A stretch of 64,000 nt of DNA from assembly GCA_963751345.1 (NCBI GenBank), contig CAVVUS010000023.1:1-64000 (forward strand), in the 5' to 3' direction. The translations under genes were made by a program, and so were the position numbers. The notes under the pieces were generated by a model. It was not told where the DNA came from. It ran no database searches and saw nothing but the letters and a program-made list of their open reading frames with translations. Positions 14,061 to 24,256 of the stretch are shown here, piece after piece. Numbering within the stretch: the first letter of the stretch is position 1; each line of letters begins with the position of its first letter. The stretch comes from an uncultured Chloroflexia bacterium. Lineage in GTDB: Bacteria > Chloroflexota > Anaerolineae > B4-G1 > SLSP01.

Positions 14061-14930
14061 GTGGTCGGGAACTCTCAGATACAGCTAATCACCGATGGCA
14101 CCGCCTATCTCCCCGTCGACCAACTGCGGGAGCTAGGTGTGATTGTTCTACCCATTGTGGCAAAAGCCGGCGACCGGACGTTCATGTACGACCAGCAGAC
14201 TCCAGGACACGTCGCGCTTCTTCAGGAGCTGAGCGAGTCCCGAAGCCCTGTTGAGATCGTCGGGCCGTCGCCTGACGACTTCAGAGCCGTGTTTGAGCGC
14301 TCACTCTACCGCACGAACCAGATGCTGGTCATCCTATCCTCTGGACGGCTTAGCCCTGTGCTGAGGAATGCGCGGGTCGCGGCGAGGGATTTCATGGGAC
14401 GGTCCGACATCACGATTCTGGACTCTCAGACCGTCTCTGTGGGGTTAGGATTGCTGGTCGAGCGCGCCGGGGAGCTGCTCCAGACGGGAGACGTGCCTCT
14501 TGCGGAAGTGGTGCGGAGAATCAGGGGGATGATCCCGCGCATCTACGTCGTGATGGTCTCACATACGCTGGACTACATCTACCGAAGCGGGAAGCTCACA
14601 TCCATGCAGGCGATCCTTGGCGCGATGCTCAAGATCCACCCGTTTATCGAGATCGAGGACGGCGACATCATTCCGCTGGAGAAGAGCAGGCGCCCCGAGC
14701 GATCCATCGATAAGCTGGTCGAGTTCGCCTCCGAGTTCGCGCGCATCAACAAACTCGTCATCTTCCAGGCTCAAGAGGAGCAGTCTGAAGAGACACTCGA
14801 TCTGAAGGATAGGCTGGCGCAGATTGCGCCGGCTCTTGAGGTGCCGACGATCGTATATGACCCGATCATTGCTTCACACATTGGTCCGGAGGGGCTGGGA
14901 CTGGTCGTCTACGAAGGCTTGTGGCGTTGA
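14061..14930 (+). CDS. DegV family fatty-acid-binding protein (FakB-like, divergent)
   Basis: ITDGTAYLP, LDSQTVSVGLG, TLDYI, LKIHPFI, ASHIGPEGLGL. Confidence 0.85.
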   Translation: MVGNSQIQLITDGTAYLPVDQLRELGVIVLPIVAKAGDRTFMYDQQTPGHVALLQELSESRSPVEIVGPSPDDFRAVFERSLYRTNQMLVILSSGRLSPVLRNARVAARDFMGRSDITILDSQTVSVGLGLLVERAGELLQTGDVPLAEVVRRIRGMIPRIYVVMVSHTLDYIYRSGKLTSMQAILGAMLKIHPFIEIEDGDIIPLEKSRRPERSIDKLVEFASEFARINKLVIFQAQEEQSEETLDLKDRLAQIAPALEVPTIVYDPIIASHIGPEGLGLVVYEGLWR

Positions 14931-14963
14931 TGGTTGGGCTGGTAACTGAGTCTCGGAGAAACT

Positions 14964-17529
14964 ATGGCTAGACCGTTGGAGATTTTGGGCAAGATGCTGG
15001 AGTTGGAGTCGCGCGATTACGCCTACCGCGATCGCGCGGTGGCCGGTGGTCTTGCACGTTACGGCGATACCTGGCGGCGCGAGGCTCGCCAGGCATTCGG
15101 TGAATCGGCTGAGGGGTGGATTGAGGGCGTGGTTGGGCGGCTGGAGGCATACAGCTCAGGGGATCCTGCGAATCGGCGGGAAATCCTGGCGGCTCTTCAG
15201 CAGATGCTGCGTGCCGGCCCGGCAGCCAGCGAGGGGACAGACGCCCCGCAGGCGCCGGTAGACGCGCCTGAAGCTTCTGCAGCACCGCCATCTCGCGTAG
15301 AGAGGACGACGGAGCCGGTGCCGGACCGCACGGACGGACCTCGTGATGCGGCCCGCCAGTCACACGAATCAGGCCAGCGCCAATCGGTGCAATCTTCGCC
15401 TAAGGGTGGCGTCGCGGCTGATACCGTCCGCCCGGTCACGCGGGCAGCGCAGAGCGCGAGCGATCGTGATGGGCGGGGCCTCGACGCACCGGTAGACGTC
15501 ATGTCAGGCATCGGCCAGAAACGGGCCGAGCTCCTGAGCCGGCTGGGTGTGGTGTCGATTGGCGATTATATACGCTACTATCCGCGAAGGTACGAGGACT
15601 ACTCCAAGCTGAGGACCATCGATAGGTTGGAGTACGGTGAGCGCGTGAGCTTACTGGCCACCGTCTGGGAAGCAGGGGGGCGCCGAACACACAGCGGCAC
15701 CTACGTCTATCGCGCCATCCTGTCCGATGCCACCGGCACGATCGAGGTCTCCTGGTTCAATCAGCGATATCTCGAGGGGCGGTTGCGGCCCGGCATGCAG
15801 TTGCTGGTCAGCGGTAAGGTGGACGAGTATCTTGGGCGCCTAACGATGAACTCCCCCGAATGGGAGATCGTAGGACGGACCGAGGTGACCAGTGCACGCA
15901 TACAGCCGATCTATCCCCTCACCGAAGGGTCTGACGCAGCGCTGGATGCGCAGTGCGATGCGCCGGGCGGTTGCGGCGTGGGCGGACCGGATTCCGGACC
16001 CACTTCCCGGCGATCTGCGGACACAACACAATCTGATCTCGTCGGCCCAGGCCCTATGGGGCATCCATCTACCGGATAGCCAGGAGCACCTGCATGCCGC
16101 CCGGCGTCGTCTGGCCTTTGAGGAGGCGCTTTACCTTCAGCTTGGCCTGCTCAGGCAGAAGCTTCAGTGGAAGGCTCAGCCGGGTATCTCCATTGCGTCA
16201 GATCCCACACGTCTCGCTGCACTCAAGGCGGCCTTGCCATACGCACTGACGGGCGCCCAGGAACGATCGCTGGATGAAATGGTGGTCGACCTTGCTTCGG
16301 GCGATCCAATGAACCGGTTGCTGCAAGGAGACGTGGGGTCGGGGAAGACTGTCGTAGCTGCCCTGCTGATGGCGTTGGTGGCGGACTCGGGATACCAGGT
16401 GGCCATGATGGCACCAACGGAAATCCTGGCGGAGCAGCATTTCAAGAGCCTGTCGGCGCTCTTCGCGAACTTCCCGGCACCGTCGCCTACCGTCGGCTTG
16501 CTCACCGGGAGCACCTCCGGCGCCGATCGCGAAGCGGTGTACAGCTCGCTGGCGGATGGAACGCTACAGGTGGTCGTCGGGACCCACGCCTTGATTCAGG
16601 AAGCGGTGAAGTTTGGAAAGCTGGCATTGGTCGTGATCGATGAGCAACACCGTTTCGGCGTCCAGCAGCGCGCAACGCTGCGTGAGAAGGGCTACAATCC
16701 TCATCTGCTGGTGATGACGGCCACGCCGATCCCGCGCTCCCTTGAGCTGACGGTCTGGGGCCACGTGGATGTCTCGGTGCTGGATGAGATGCCGCCCGGG
16801 CGTCAGGAGGTCAAGACTAGGGTGCTGTTCCCCCGCGAACGCGGGCGTGCGTATGTATTCATCCAGAGCCAGGTAGAGCAGGGGCGGCAGGCGTTCATCA
16901 TCTACCCGCTGGTTGAGGCCTCAGACAGCGTTGAGGCGAGGGCTGCCGTGGATGAGTACGATAGGCTGCGGAAGGACGTGCTACCCGGCCTGCGCATTGG
17001 GCTACTTCACGGCAGGATGTCGACCAGCGAGAAGGATGAGGTCATGTCCGCCTTCGTCGCCGGTGACCTCGACGTGCTTGTCGCCACATCGGTTGTTGAG
17101 GTCGGTATCGATGTGCCTAACGCGACGGTGATGTTGATCGACGGCGCCGATCGATTTGGGCTTGCGCAGTTGCACCAGTTCCGGGGGCGTGTGGGGCGGG
17201 GAGAGCATCAGTCCTATTGTCTCTTGCTGGCGGAGGCAGCCTCGGATGAGGCTCGTGAACGTCTGGCAGCGGTTGAGGCTACGACGGACGGCTTTGCACT
17301 GGCTCAGAAAGACCTCGAGATGCGCGGGCCCGGCGAGTTCCTGGGCACACGGCAGAGCGGTTTCCCGGAGCTGCCTATGGCAGTATTCGCGGATGTACGC
17401 TTGCTTCACGAGGTTCGAGAGGTTGCTGCCGAGATGCTCAGCCACGACCCCGAGCTCTCCTTGCCGGAACACCAGCTCCTAAGGGAGCGCGTGTCGGGCT
17501 TCTGGGAGAGCAGCGGCGATCTGAGCTGA
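14964..17529 (+). CDS. recG: ATP-dependent DNA helicase RecG with N-terminal extension (frameshift near 15925)
   Basis: YYPRRYED wedge domain, MNRLLQGDVGSGKT, MAPTEILAEQH, IDEQHRFG, MTATPIPRS, QLHQFRGRVGRG, DLEMRGPGE. Confidence 0.95.
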
Positions 17530-17533
17530 AGCC

Positions 17534-18043
17534 ATGCGTACCGCTATCTATCCCGGCTCCTTTGACCCCATTCACAATGGTCATGTCGATATCGCCGTGC
17601 GCGCGGCGACGCTCTTCGATAGGCTGGTCGTGGCAATCTATTCTCATCCGAGCAAGGCCTTGCTCTTTTCGGTCGGTGAACGCGTTGCACTTGCCCGGGC
17701 CGTGCTGGAGCCGTACGGCAATATCGAGGTTCAGCCATATGATGGGCTCACTGTAGACTTCGCCGGGAGGCTCGGGGCACAGACGCTCGTCCGTGGCCTG
17801 CGGGTGATCTCCGATTTTGAGCGCGAGTACCAGATGTCGCTGATGAACCAACAGCTAAGTTCCAGCGTGGATACCATTTGCCTCATGACGAGCTATGAGT
17901 ATGCTTTTGTTAGCGCTAGCCTGGTCAAAGAGGTCTTCCTGGCCGGCGGTGATGTATCGGCTATGGTACATCCGCTGGTCCTGGCGGCGCTAGAGAAGAA
18001 GTGCGGGAGCCAGAGGGTGGATCACTGCGAGCGGATGAGCTAG
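17534..18043 (+). CDS. coaD: Phosphopantetheine adenylyltransferase
   Basis: YPGSFDPIHNGH, VRGLRVISDFEREYQM. Confidence 0.96.
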   Translation: MRTAIYPGSFDPIHNGHVDIAVRAATLFDRLVVAIYSHPSKALLFSVGERVALARAVLEPYGNIEVQPYDGLTVDFAGRLGAQTLVRGLRVISDFEREYQMSLMNQQLSSSVDTICLMTSYEYAFVSASLVKEVFLAGGDVSAMVHPLVLAALEKKCGSQRVDHCERMS

Positions 18044-18099
18044 CCGCGGGGCACGTGTCGAAGCGTCCCGTTTCCCGTATGGTTGATTGAGGTGAGGCC

Positions 18100-18570
18100 A
18101 TGGACGTTGACTTCCTGATTGATAGGCTGGAGCGCTACATCACCGAAGACTGTCCTCGTTTCCTCGGGAACCGTATGGTGAATGAGGAGGAGGCGCGCAG
18201 CTATCTCGCTCAGTTGCGCCAGGCCGTCCCAGAGGAGATCGAGCAGGCGCGTAGGGTGGTGCGCGAGGGTGATGCCGTGATTGAGGCCGCGCGCCAGGAG
18301 GCCGAGCGCATTATCGGCAAGGCGAGGGAAGAAGGCGAACGTATGGCTGCCAGCCACCAGTTCGTGGTCGATGCGCAGCGGCAAGCCAAGATGATCGTAC
18401 AGGAGGCCTACCAGAAGTCAGAGCGCCTGCAGGCCGACGCGGATGAGTATGTTTTCAACTCTTTGAGTCAGTTGCAGGCAGAGCTCACCCGCCAACTACG
18501 CGTCGTCGAGAATGGTCTGCATCGCCTAGAGGCCGAGCGCGAAGCTGTGCTGACCGAGAGGAAAGTTTGA
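18100..18570 (+). CDS. Conserved coiled-coil protein downstream of coaD (DivIVA/ATP synthase b-like)
   Basis: LIDRLERYI..LRQAVPEEIEQARRV..AREEGERM..ADEYV; conserved coaD-rpmF context. Confidence 0.75.
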   Translation: MDVDFLIDRLERYITEDCPRFLGNRMVNEEEARSYLAQLRQAVPEEIEQARRVVREGDAVIEAARQEAERIIGKAREEGERMAASHQFVVDAQRQAKMIVQEAYQKSERLQADADEYVFNSLSQLQAELTRQLRVVENGLHRLEAEREAVLTERKV

Positions 18571-18594
18571 CAGAGTGATGCTTTTCTGTATAAT
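18567..18594 (+). promoter_or_regulatory. Consensus sigma70 promoter for rpmF
   Basis: TTGACA-16 nt-TATAAT. Confidence 0.7.
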
Positions 18595-18676
18595 TGGGTT
18601 CGCGTCACCTGATACGCGGCGGGTTCGCTGAGTACTGTGATGCGTCGATCATCTATGACAAGGGAGAGTAAGAAAG

Positions 18677-18868
18677 ATGCCAGCAGTACCAAAGCGACGA
18701 ACTCCGCGTAGTCGGCGTGACCGGCGGCGTGCGAATAGCTACCCTACAGCGGTTTTACCCACGCTACTGGCCTGTGAAGAGTGTGGCGAGTTGGTTCGAC
18801 CTTACCACGTGTGCCCGAACTGCGGACACTACCGGGGACGGCAGGTCTACAAAGCGAACGAAGAGTAA
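18677..18868 (+). CDS. rpmF: 50S ribosomal protein L32 (Zn-ribbon form)
   Basis: MPAVPKRRTPRSRRDRRRA..CEECG..YHVCPNCGHYRGR. Confidence 0.96.
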   Translation: MPAVPKRRTPRSRRDRRRANSYPTAVLPTLLACEECGELVRPYHVCPNCGHYRGRQVYKANEE

Positions 18869-19051
18869 TCGCTCATCTCATTCTCTTGGCGCTGCCACCG
18901 CCCGATTGCGGCTCCGTCTGCGTCGGCCAATGGTTCGGGAGCAGACACGGTTCGTTCATGATGCATCCGGAACAGAGACTAAGTGTGGCAGCACTGATTC
19001 GGGCCTCTGCGGAGGCCCGTATGTTTTGTAGAGAGGCGAAAGGAAAGACCA

Positions 19052-19414
19052 GTGGAGACTAGCGTGATTCCCGGATCGGTGACTGTCGAACCTTCGGTTC
19101 TGGAGACCATCGCTCGGCTCACGGCGCTCGAGGTTCCCGGAGTAGTTGACATCATTGAGCGTGACGTGGACCGGTTGTTGGGCACGACGGGCAGATCGGT
19201 CGCGGTCCAGGTCAACGAGGGGAAGGTGGTGGTGGACCTGCACATCATCGCCGGGCCCGACCAGAGTCTCCTGCAGCTGGGGCGCTCCGTTCAGCACGAA
19301 GTGACGCGTGCCATACAGCAGATGATCGGAATGCCCGTCGAAGCCGTGAACGTGCACATTGAGGATGTCATGTACCCCGAGGCTGAGGGGTGGTCCGAGG
19401 AAGCTCCTGAGTAG
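19052..19414 (+). CDS. Asp23/Gls24 family protein (YqhY-like)
   Basis: GSVTVEPSVLETIARLTALEVPGV..VNVHIEDV; upstream of nusB as in the conserved yqhY-nusB pair. Confidence 0.85.
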   Translation: METSVIPGSVTVEPSVLETIARLTALEVPGVVDIIERDVDRLLGTTGRSVAVQVNEGKVVVDLHIIAGPDQSLLQLGRSVQHEVTRAIQQMIGMPVEAVNVHIEDVMYPEAEGWSEEAPE

Positions 19415-19469
19415 GCAGCGCTATGAATGCAGATCCAACCGCAGTCGCTTTGACTGGGGAGACGCTCCT

Positions 19470-19913
19470 GTGAAGGGCGAACGCCGGCTCGCGCGCGAGC
19501 TAGCGCTCCAGGCATTGTACGAGGTAGATCTCGTCGGGCATGCCCCTGCCGCTGTCCTCCACGAACGCCTCAACGAAGTGGTTGATGAGAACCCGCGGGT
19601 GGAGGCCTATGCGCGGAAGCTCGTTATGGGCATTCTCGCATCCACGGAGCAACTGGACTTCTTCATCCAGTCTCATGCCCCAGAATGGCCGCTTGACCAA
19701 GTTGCGGTCATTGATCGCAACTTGCTGCGAATGGCGCTCTACGAGTTCACGGTGGGGCACGTGCCGGTCAAGGTGGCCATCAACGAGGCTGTCGAGCTTG
19801 CCAAAGACTACGGCGCAGACAGCACCCCCCGTTTCGTCAATGGTGTTCTCGGCGCTCTGGTACCCCTCCAAGAGGAAGTCACCCGAGCCCTCGCCGGTAT
19901 CAGGAGCGACTAG
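19470..19913 (+). CDS. nusB: Transcription antitermination factor NusB
   Basis: RRLARELALQALYE, IDRNLLRMALYE, VAINEAVELAK, FVNGVLG. Confidence 0.95.
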   Translation: MKGERRLARELALQALYEVDLVGHAPAAVLHERLNEVVDENPRVEAYARKLVMGILASTEQLDFFIQSHAPEWPLDQVAVIDRNLLRMALYEFTVGHVPVKVAINEAVELAKDYGADSTPRFVNGVLGALVPLQEEVTRALAGIRSD

Positions 19914-21234
19914 ATGGAGAAGATCCGCGTCATCATCATGGGCGCTGCCGGGCGCGATTTCCACAACTTCAACACCTATTTCCGCGACAACCCTCGGTAC
20001 GAAGTCATTGCCTTTACTGCAACACAGATTCCCAATATCGAGGGGCGAAGATATCCGGCCGGATTGGCCGGTGATCTCTATCCCCAGGGCATTCCGATTT
20101 TCGCGGAGTCTGAGCTTGAGAGTCTGATTGCCGCACACGACGTCGGTCAAGTAGTTTTCGCCTACTCCGACGTGCCTCACACCTACGTGATGCACAAAGC
20201 CTCCATCGCCATAGCCCACGGCGCCGACTTCCGGATGATGGGTGGGCGGGCGACAATGCTCGATAGCACCAAACCGGTCGTGGCCGTATGTGCCGTTCGC
20301 ACCGGATGCGGGAAATCGCAGACCACGCGCCACGTGTGCGACACGCTCCAGGCGATGGGCAGACGTGTGGTTGTGGTACGCCACCCTATGCCGTACGGCG
20401 ATCTGATGAAGCAGGCCGTACAACGTTTTGCGACCTACGCAGACCTCGCGAGTAACAACTGCACGATAGAGGAGCGTGAGGAGTACGAGCCCCATCTCGA
20501 TCGAGGCGTGATTGTCTACGCCGGGGTCGACTATCAAGCGATTCTGCGCCAAGCCGAGCGGGAAGCCGACGTCGTCGTCTGGGATGGTGGGAACAACGAT
20601 CTGCCCTTCTTCCGGCCCGATCTATGGATCACGGTAACAGATCCCCATCGTGCGGGGCACGAGATGAGCTACTATCCTGGGGAATCCAACTTCCGGGCTG
20701 CCGACGTCATCGTGATCAACAAGATGGACACCGCGGACTATGACAATGTCCGGCGGATCTATCGAGAACATCGCAGTCGCGAATCCCAATGCTACCGTTG
20801 TTGAGGCAGCATCGCCGCTCTTTGTGGATCACCCCGAGGTCATTCGAGGCAAGCGTGCGCTGGTCATTGAGGATGGGCCCACGGTCACCCACGGAGGGAT
20901 GGCTTTCGGCGCCGCGTATGTGGCGGCACAGCGGTTCGGCGCTGCTGAGGTTGTCGATCCCAGACCCTATGCCGTCCGGTCGATCGCTGACACCTATCGC
21001 AAGTATCCCAGCACCGGGCCGGTACTGCCCGCAATGGGGTACGGCGAGGCGCAGATCAAGGACCTCGAGGCGACGATCAACAATACACCGTGCGATTTGG
21101 TGATCATCGGCACTCCAATTGATCTCACGCGGTTGCTGAAGATCGAGCACCCTATGGAACGGGTCAGATATGAACTCCAGGTCATCGGGCAGCCAACATT
21201 GGGGGGTATCCTCACCAAGAGATTCGGGGGCTAG
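19914..21234 (+). CDS. COG2403 P-loop protein, arginine synthetase (ArcE)-like; often annotated GTPase or cyclic 2,3-diphosphoglycerate synthetase (frameshift near 20750)
   Basis: IMGAAGRDFHNFN, VIAFTATQIPNI, AVRTGCGKSQT, RHPMPYGDL, CTIEEREEYEPH, WDGGNND, EDGPTVTHGGM, LPAMGY. Confidence 0.8.
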
Positions 21235-21252
21235 GGAAAAGGACCAGGACCA

Positions 21253-24243
21253 ATGAGGTTCTGGGCGGCTAGCCGAGTCGACGGTGAGCGGAAGCCGCTG
21301 CCTGCATGGGGTGTCTGGTGCCTGTACGCCTTACTAGCCGTCGTGATGACGTGGCCCCTGGTCACGGTACTCGGCACCCGGTTGGGAGGGGCTGACCAGG
21401 ATATTCTCAATGTCTTCTGGGGTAACTGGTGGGTGCCCAAGGCACTCTTCAGAGGCATTGATCCCTACGTTACGAACTACCTGATCTATCCGATTGGGTT
21501 TGACCTTACCTCGTTTGCATTCAGCCCACTCCTCGCTATCGTGGCGATGCCCTTCGATTGGCTCTTCTCGTCGATTGTGGCTTACAACCTCCTGTTCCTG
21601 GTTGTGATCGTGGTTTCCGCCGGCGCGATGGATCAGCTCGTACGCTACCTGACCGGGAATCCCTGGGCGGCCCTCATTGCCGGTGTTACTTTCGGGTTTT
21701 CACCTATCCTTGCCGGGCACCGCGCGGCGCATCTCAATATGGCAACCGTGGTATGGCTGCCGTGGGCAGCCCTGCTTCTGATCCGGATAATGCGCGAAGC
21801 CCGGCTAAGCGATGCCCTGCTTCTCGCGCTCATCGCTCGGCTGGCTTTCCTCACTCGTCTGCAGGTAGGGGCTCTCACTGCCGTATTCTGCGCTGTCATA
21901 TTCCTCGGCGTCGCGATCACGGAAGGTAAGAGCTGGCGGCGATTGGCCTGGGGGCGGCTGGCTGTGGCGACGGGGCTGGCACTATTGCTGCTCTCGCCTC
22001 TGCTCATCAAGGTGGGTTACCGTTTGAGCCAGCCCAATGCTGATGGCGCTGTCGTAGAGGCCAGTATCGCTGAGGCAGATGTGCTTTCATATCTCACGCC
22101 CATACCGGCACATCCGCTCCTCGGGCGCTGGACGGCGCCGATCTACGAGCGTTTTCCCGCCACGGCCTCAATCTATTGGACGTATATCGGATTCGTGCCC
22201 CTATTACTGGCGATTCTGGCGACCCTGAAGCGACCGCGCCGCGCCCTGCCGTGGCTCGGTGTGAGTCTGGGCTTTTTTGTCCTGGCGTTGGGATCCAAAC
22301 TGCGTCTCAACGGCCAGGTCTACCCCGGCGTCACGCTTCCCTACGGCTGGTTGGGGGACTTGTTTGCGATGATCGGCTTCGATAGGCCGGATCGATTCAA
22401 CCTGGGCCTGGCTGCGGGACTGGCGGTTCTGGCTGGGCTTGGGGCTGACTGGCTCAGTGGCCGATTGTGGAGGCCGTGGCTTCTGGGGGTGATTGGGGCC
22501 GTGGTGCTCTTTGAGTACATGGGCCTGCCAATGCGGCTTCTGGATCCACCTCCTCACTCCCCGTTCTACGACGAGATGGCTGCCGATGGCGAACTCTACG
22601 CCGTCGTCGACCTGCCGCTTACGCGCGCGGCCGGTGAGATCCACCGCTATTACCAGACGATCCATGAGAAACCGATAGTGGGTGGTTGGGATCATCGGGT
22701 TCCCGAGGAAGCGCTGGCCTTCATCGATGTGGACCCTCTGCTCAGCGCCTGGCGCGGTTTGTCGTCGCAGAGCACCAGTCTTTTCGGCTCGCTCGAGCAC
22801 CTGCGGACGGCCAATGTGCGCTACCTCATCCTGCACAAAGACCAGCTTGGCGGTATGCCGGCCGTCATGCAGCAACTGTACCTGGCCGTCAAGCCTGTCT
22901 ACGAGGATGATGACGTCTACGTCCTGCCCACCGACGTGGCAGCGACTTCCACCCTCGATTTGGTGACGACGTTCGAGGACGGACTATCGCTGGTGCGCCC
23001 GTTGGTGACAGCCTCGACCGTCGATGGCTCCCCGGGCGTGATTCTGAACACTTGCTGGTTCCCGGATGGCGGCGCTGTGCGCGCGTCCGGGTGTAGGGTC
23101 ACACTGGTCAGCCCGGAGCGCAAGGTGGTCGCGCGAAAGGCGATGGACTTCGCCTTGCCCTACCCGGCCCCCACCTGTCAGCGGTGGTTTCTCGAGCTAG
23201 GCCGTGATGCCGCAGAAGGCCTGTATGAGATAGACATGACGCCCTTAAGTGGGCGCGAAACGCTGTCCGTTACTGCTGTCACTGAAGATGTGCACCTCGC
23301 CGCAGGTCCAGACGGCAGTGTTGAGTCGTGGCTTGGGACTGCATATCCCACCTCATTTGACGCCTCCATCGAACTCCTGGGCTATCGCATCCAGGCCGGC
23401 GACAACGTGCTCCTGGTAGATACAACGTGGCGCGGGCTGGCCGACCATCAAGGCTCTTACGTGATGTTCCTGCAGTTGCTCGATCCGGTGACCCGGCTGC
23501 CGGTTACACGTTCCAGTGATGACGTGCTTCCGCTCTTGACATGGCGTGAAGGGAGCATCGTGACGGATAACCGGATCATCATGATCAACGACGTGGATCC
23601 GGGGCAGTATGAGCTGGCCGTGGGGATATACCCATCTGACCACCCGAGCCAGCGAACCACGGCGTACATGACTCCCGAGGGCGATGAGTGGCCCGGCGGA
23701 CAGGTCATTCTTCGATCTCGGGTGTTGGTCCAGCCTGATGCCTGGCGCTCGGAGCCTGAAGTCACGGACGAGCGGGTCACGGTCTACACACAGAAGGGGA
23801 CGTCAGGGCTTCCCGCAGAGGAGGTGACGGCGCAGTTTGGACCTGGGATCGCGCTTCAGGGCTATCATCTGGACGAAACGACGCTCGTTTCCGGGCAGCC
23901 GTTCAATCTTGCGTTGTACTGGACGGCCGAAGATATGCATCTTCTGGATACCGCATACAAGGTCTTTGTCCACGTGATCGACGACGCAGGGCAACTTGTG
24001 GCACAGCACGATGGCGACCCAGCCGAAGGACAGCGTCCGACCAGCACCTGGCACGATGGCGATCGCATCCTCGATTCACACAGGGTGACCTGGGTGGCGC
24101 CGAGCCAGGGTGACTATGTGCGCCTTGTCGTCGGTCTGTACGACCCCCAGACAATGGAGCGATTGCCTGCGTATGGCCCGGATGGTGGGCGATTGGCCGA
24201 CGATCAGTTGGAGCTAGGGCGTGTCCAGGTCGTGACAAAGTGA
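21253..24243 (+). CDS. Large polytopic GT-C-like membrane glycosyltransferase with C-terminal extracellular beta-sandwich domains
   Basis: About 11 hydrophobic segments, WGNWW..YPIG loop, YYQTIHEKPIVGG, and two repeats of xLLGY..LYW..YKVFVH..D..P..W..GD..L.VGLY. Confidence 0.7.
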   Translation: MRFWAASRVDGERKPLPAWGVWCLYALLAVVMTWPLVTVLGTRLGGADQDILNVFWGNWWVPKALFRGIDPYVTNYLIYPIGFDLTSFAFSPLLAIVAMPFDWLFSSIVAYNLLFLVVIVVSAGAMDQLVRYLTGNPWAALIAGVTFGFSPILAGHRAAHLNMATVVWLPWAALLLIRIMREARLSDALLLALIARLAFLTRLQVGALTAVFCAVIFLGVAITEGKSWRRLAWGRLAVATGLALLLLSPLLIKVGYRLSQPNADGAVVEASIAEADVLSYLTPIPAHPLLGRWTAPIYERFPATASIYWTYIGFVPLLLAILATLKRPRRALPWLGVSLGFFVLALGSKLRLNGQVYPGVTLPYGWLGDLFAMIGFDRPDRFNLGLAAGLAVLAGLGADWLSGRLWRPWLLGVIGAVVLFEYMGLPMRLLDPPPHSPFYDEMAADGELYAVVDLPLTRAAGEIHRYYQTIHEKPIVGGWDHRVPEEALAFIDVDPLLSAWRGLSSQSTSLFGSLEHLRTANVRYLILHKDQLGGMPAVMQQLYLAVKPVYEDDDVYVLPTDVAATSTLDLVTTFEDGLSLVRPLVTASTVDGSPGVILNTCWFPDGGAVRASGCRVTLVSPERKVVARKAMDFALPYPAPTCQRWFLELGRDAAEGLYEIDMTPLSGRETLSVTAVTEDVHLAAGPDGSVESWLGTAYPTSFDASIELLGYRIQAGDNVLLVDTTWRGLADHQGSYVMFLQLLDPVTRLPVTRSSDDVLPLLTWREGSIVTDNRIIMINDVDPGQYELAVGIYPSDHPSQRTTAYMTPEGDEWPGGQVILRSRVLVQPDAWRSEPEVTDERVTVYTQKGTSGLPAEEVTAQFGPGIALQGYHLDETTLVSGQPFNLALYWTAEDMHLLDTAYKVFVHVIDDAGQLVAQHDGDPAEGQRPTSTWHDGDRILDSHRVTWVAPSQGDYVRLVVGLYDPQTMERLPAYGPDGGRLADDQLELGRVQVVTK

Positions 24244-24256
24244 CCCGCAGACTTCC

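Noticed and set aside
18975-19027. T-box riboswitch (AAGTGTGGCAGCAC before a terminator)
   Set aside because: Does not match GGTGGNACC, no stem I motifs, and downstream genes are not typical T-box targets; kept only as an unknown RNA candidate.
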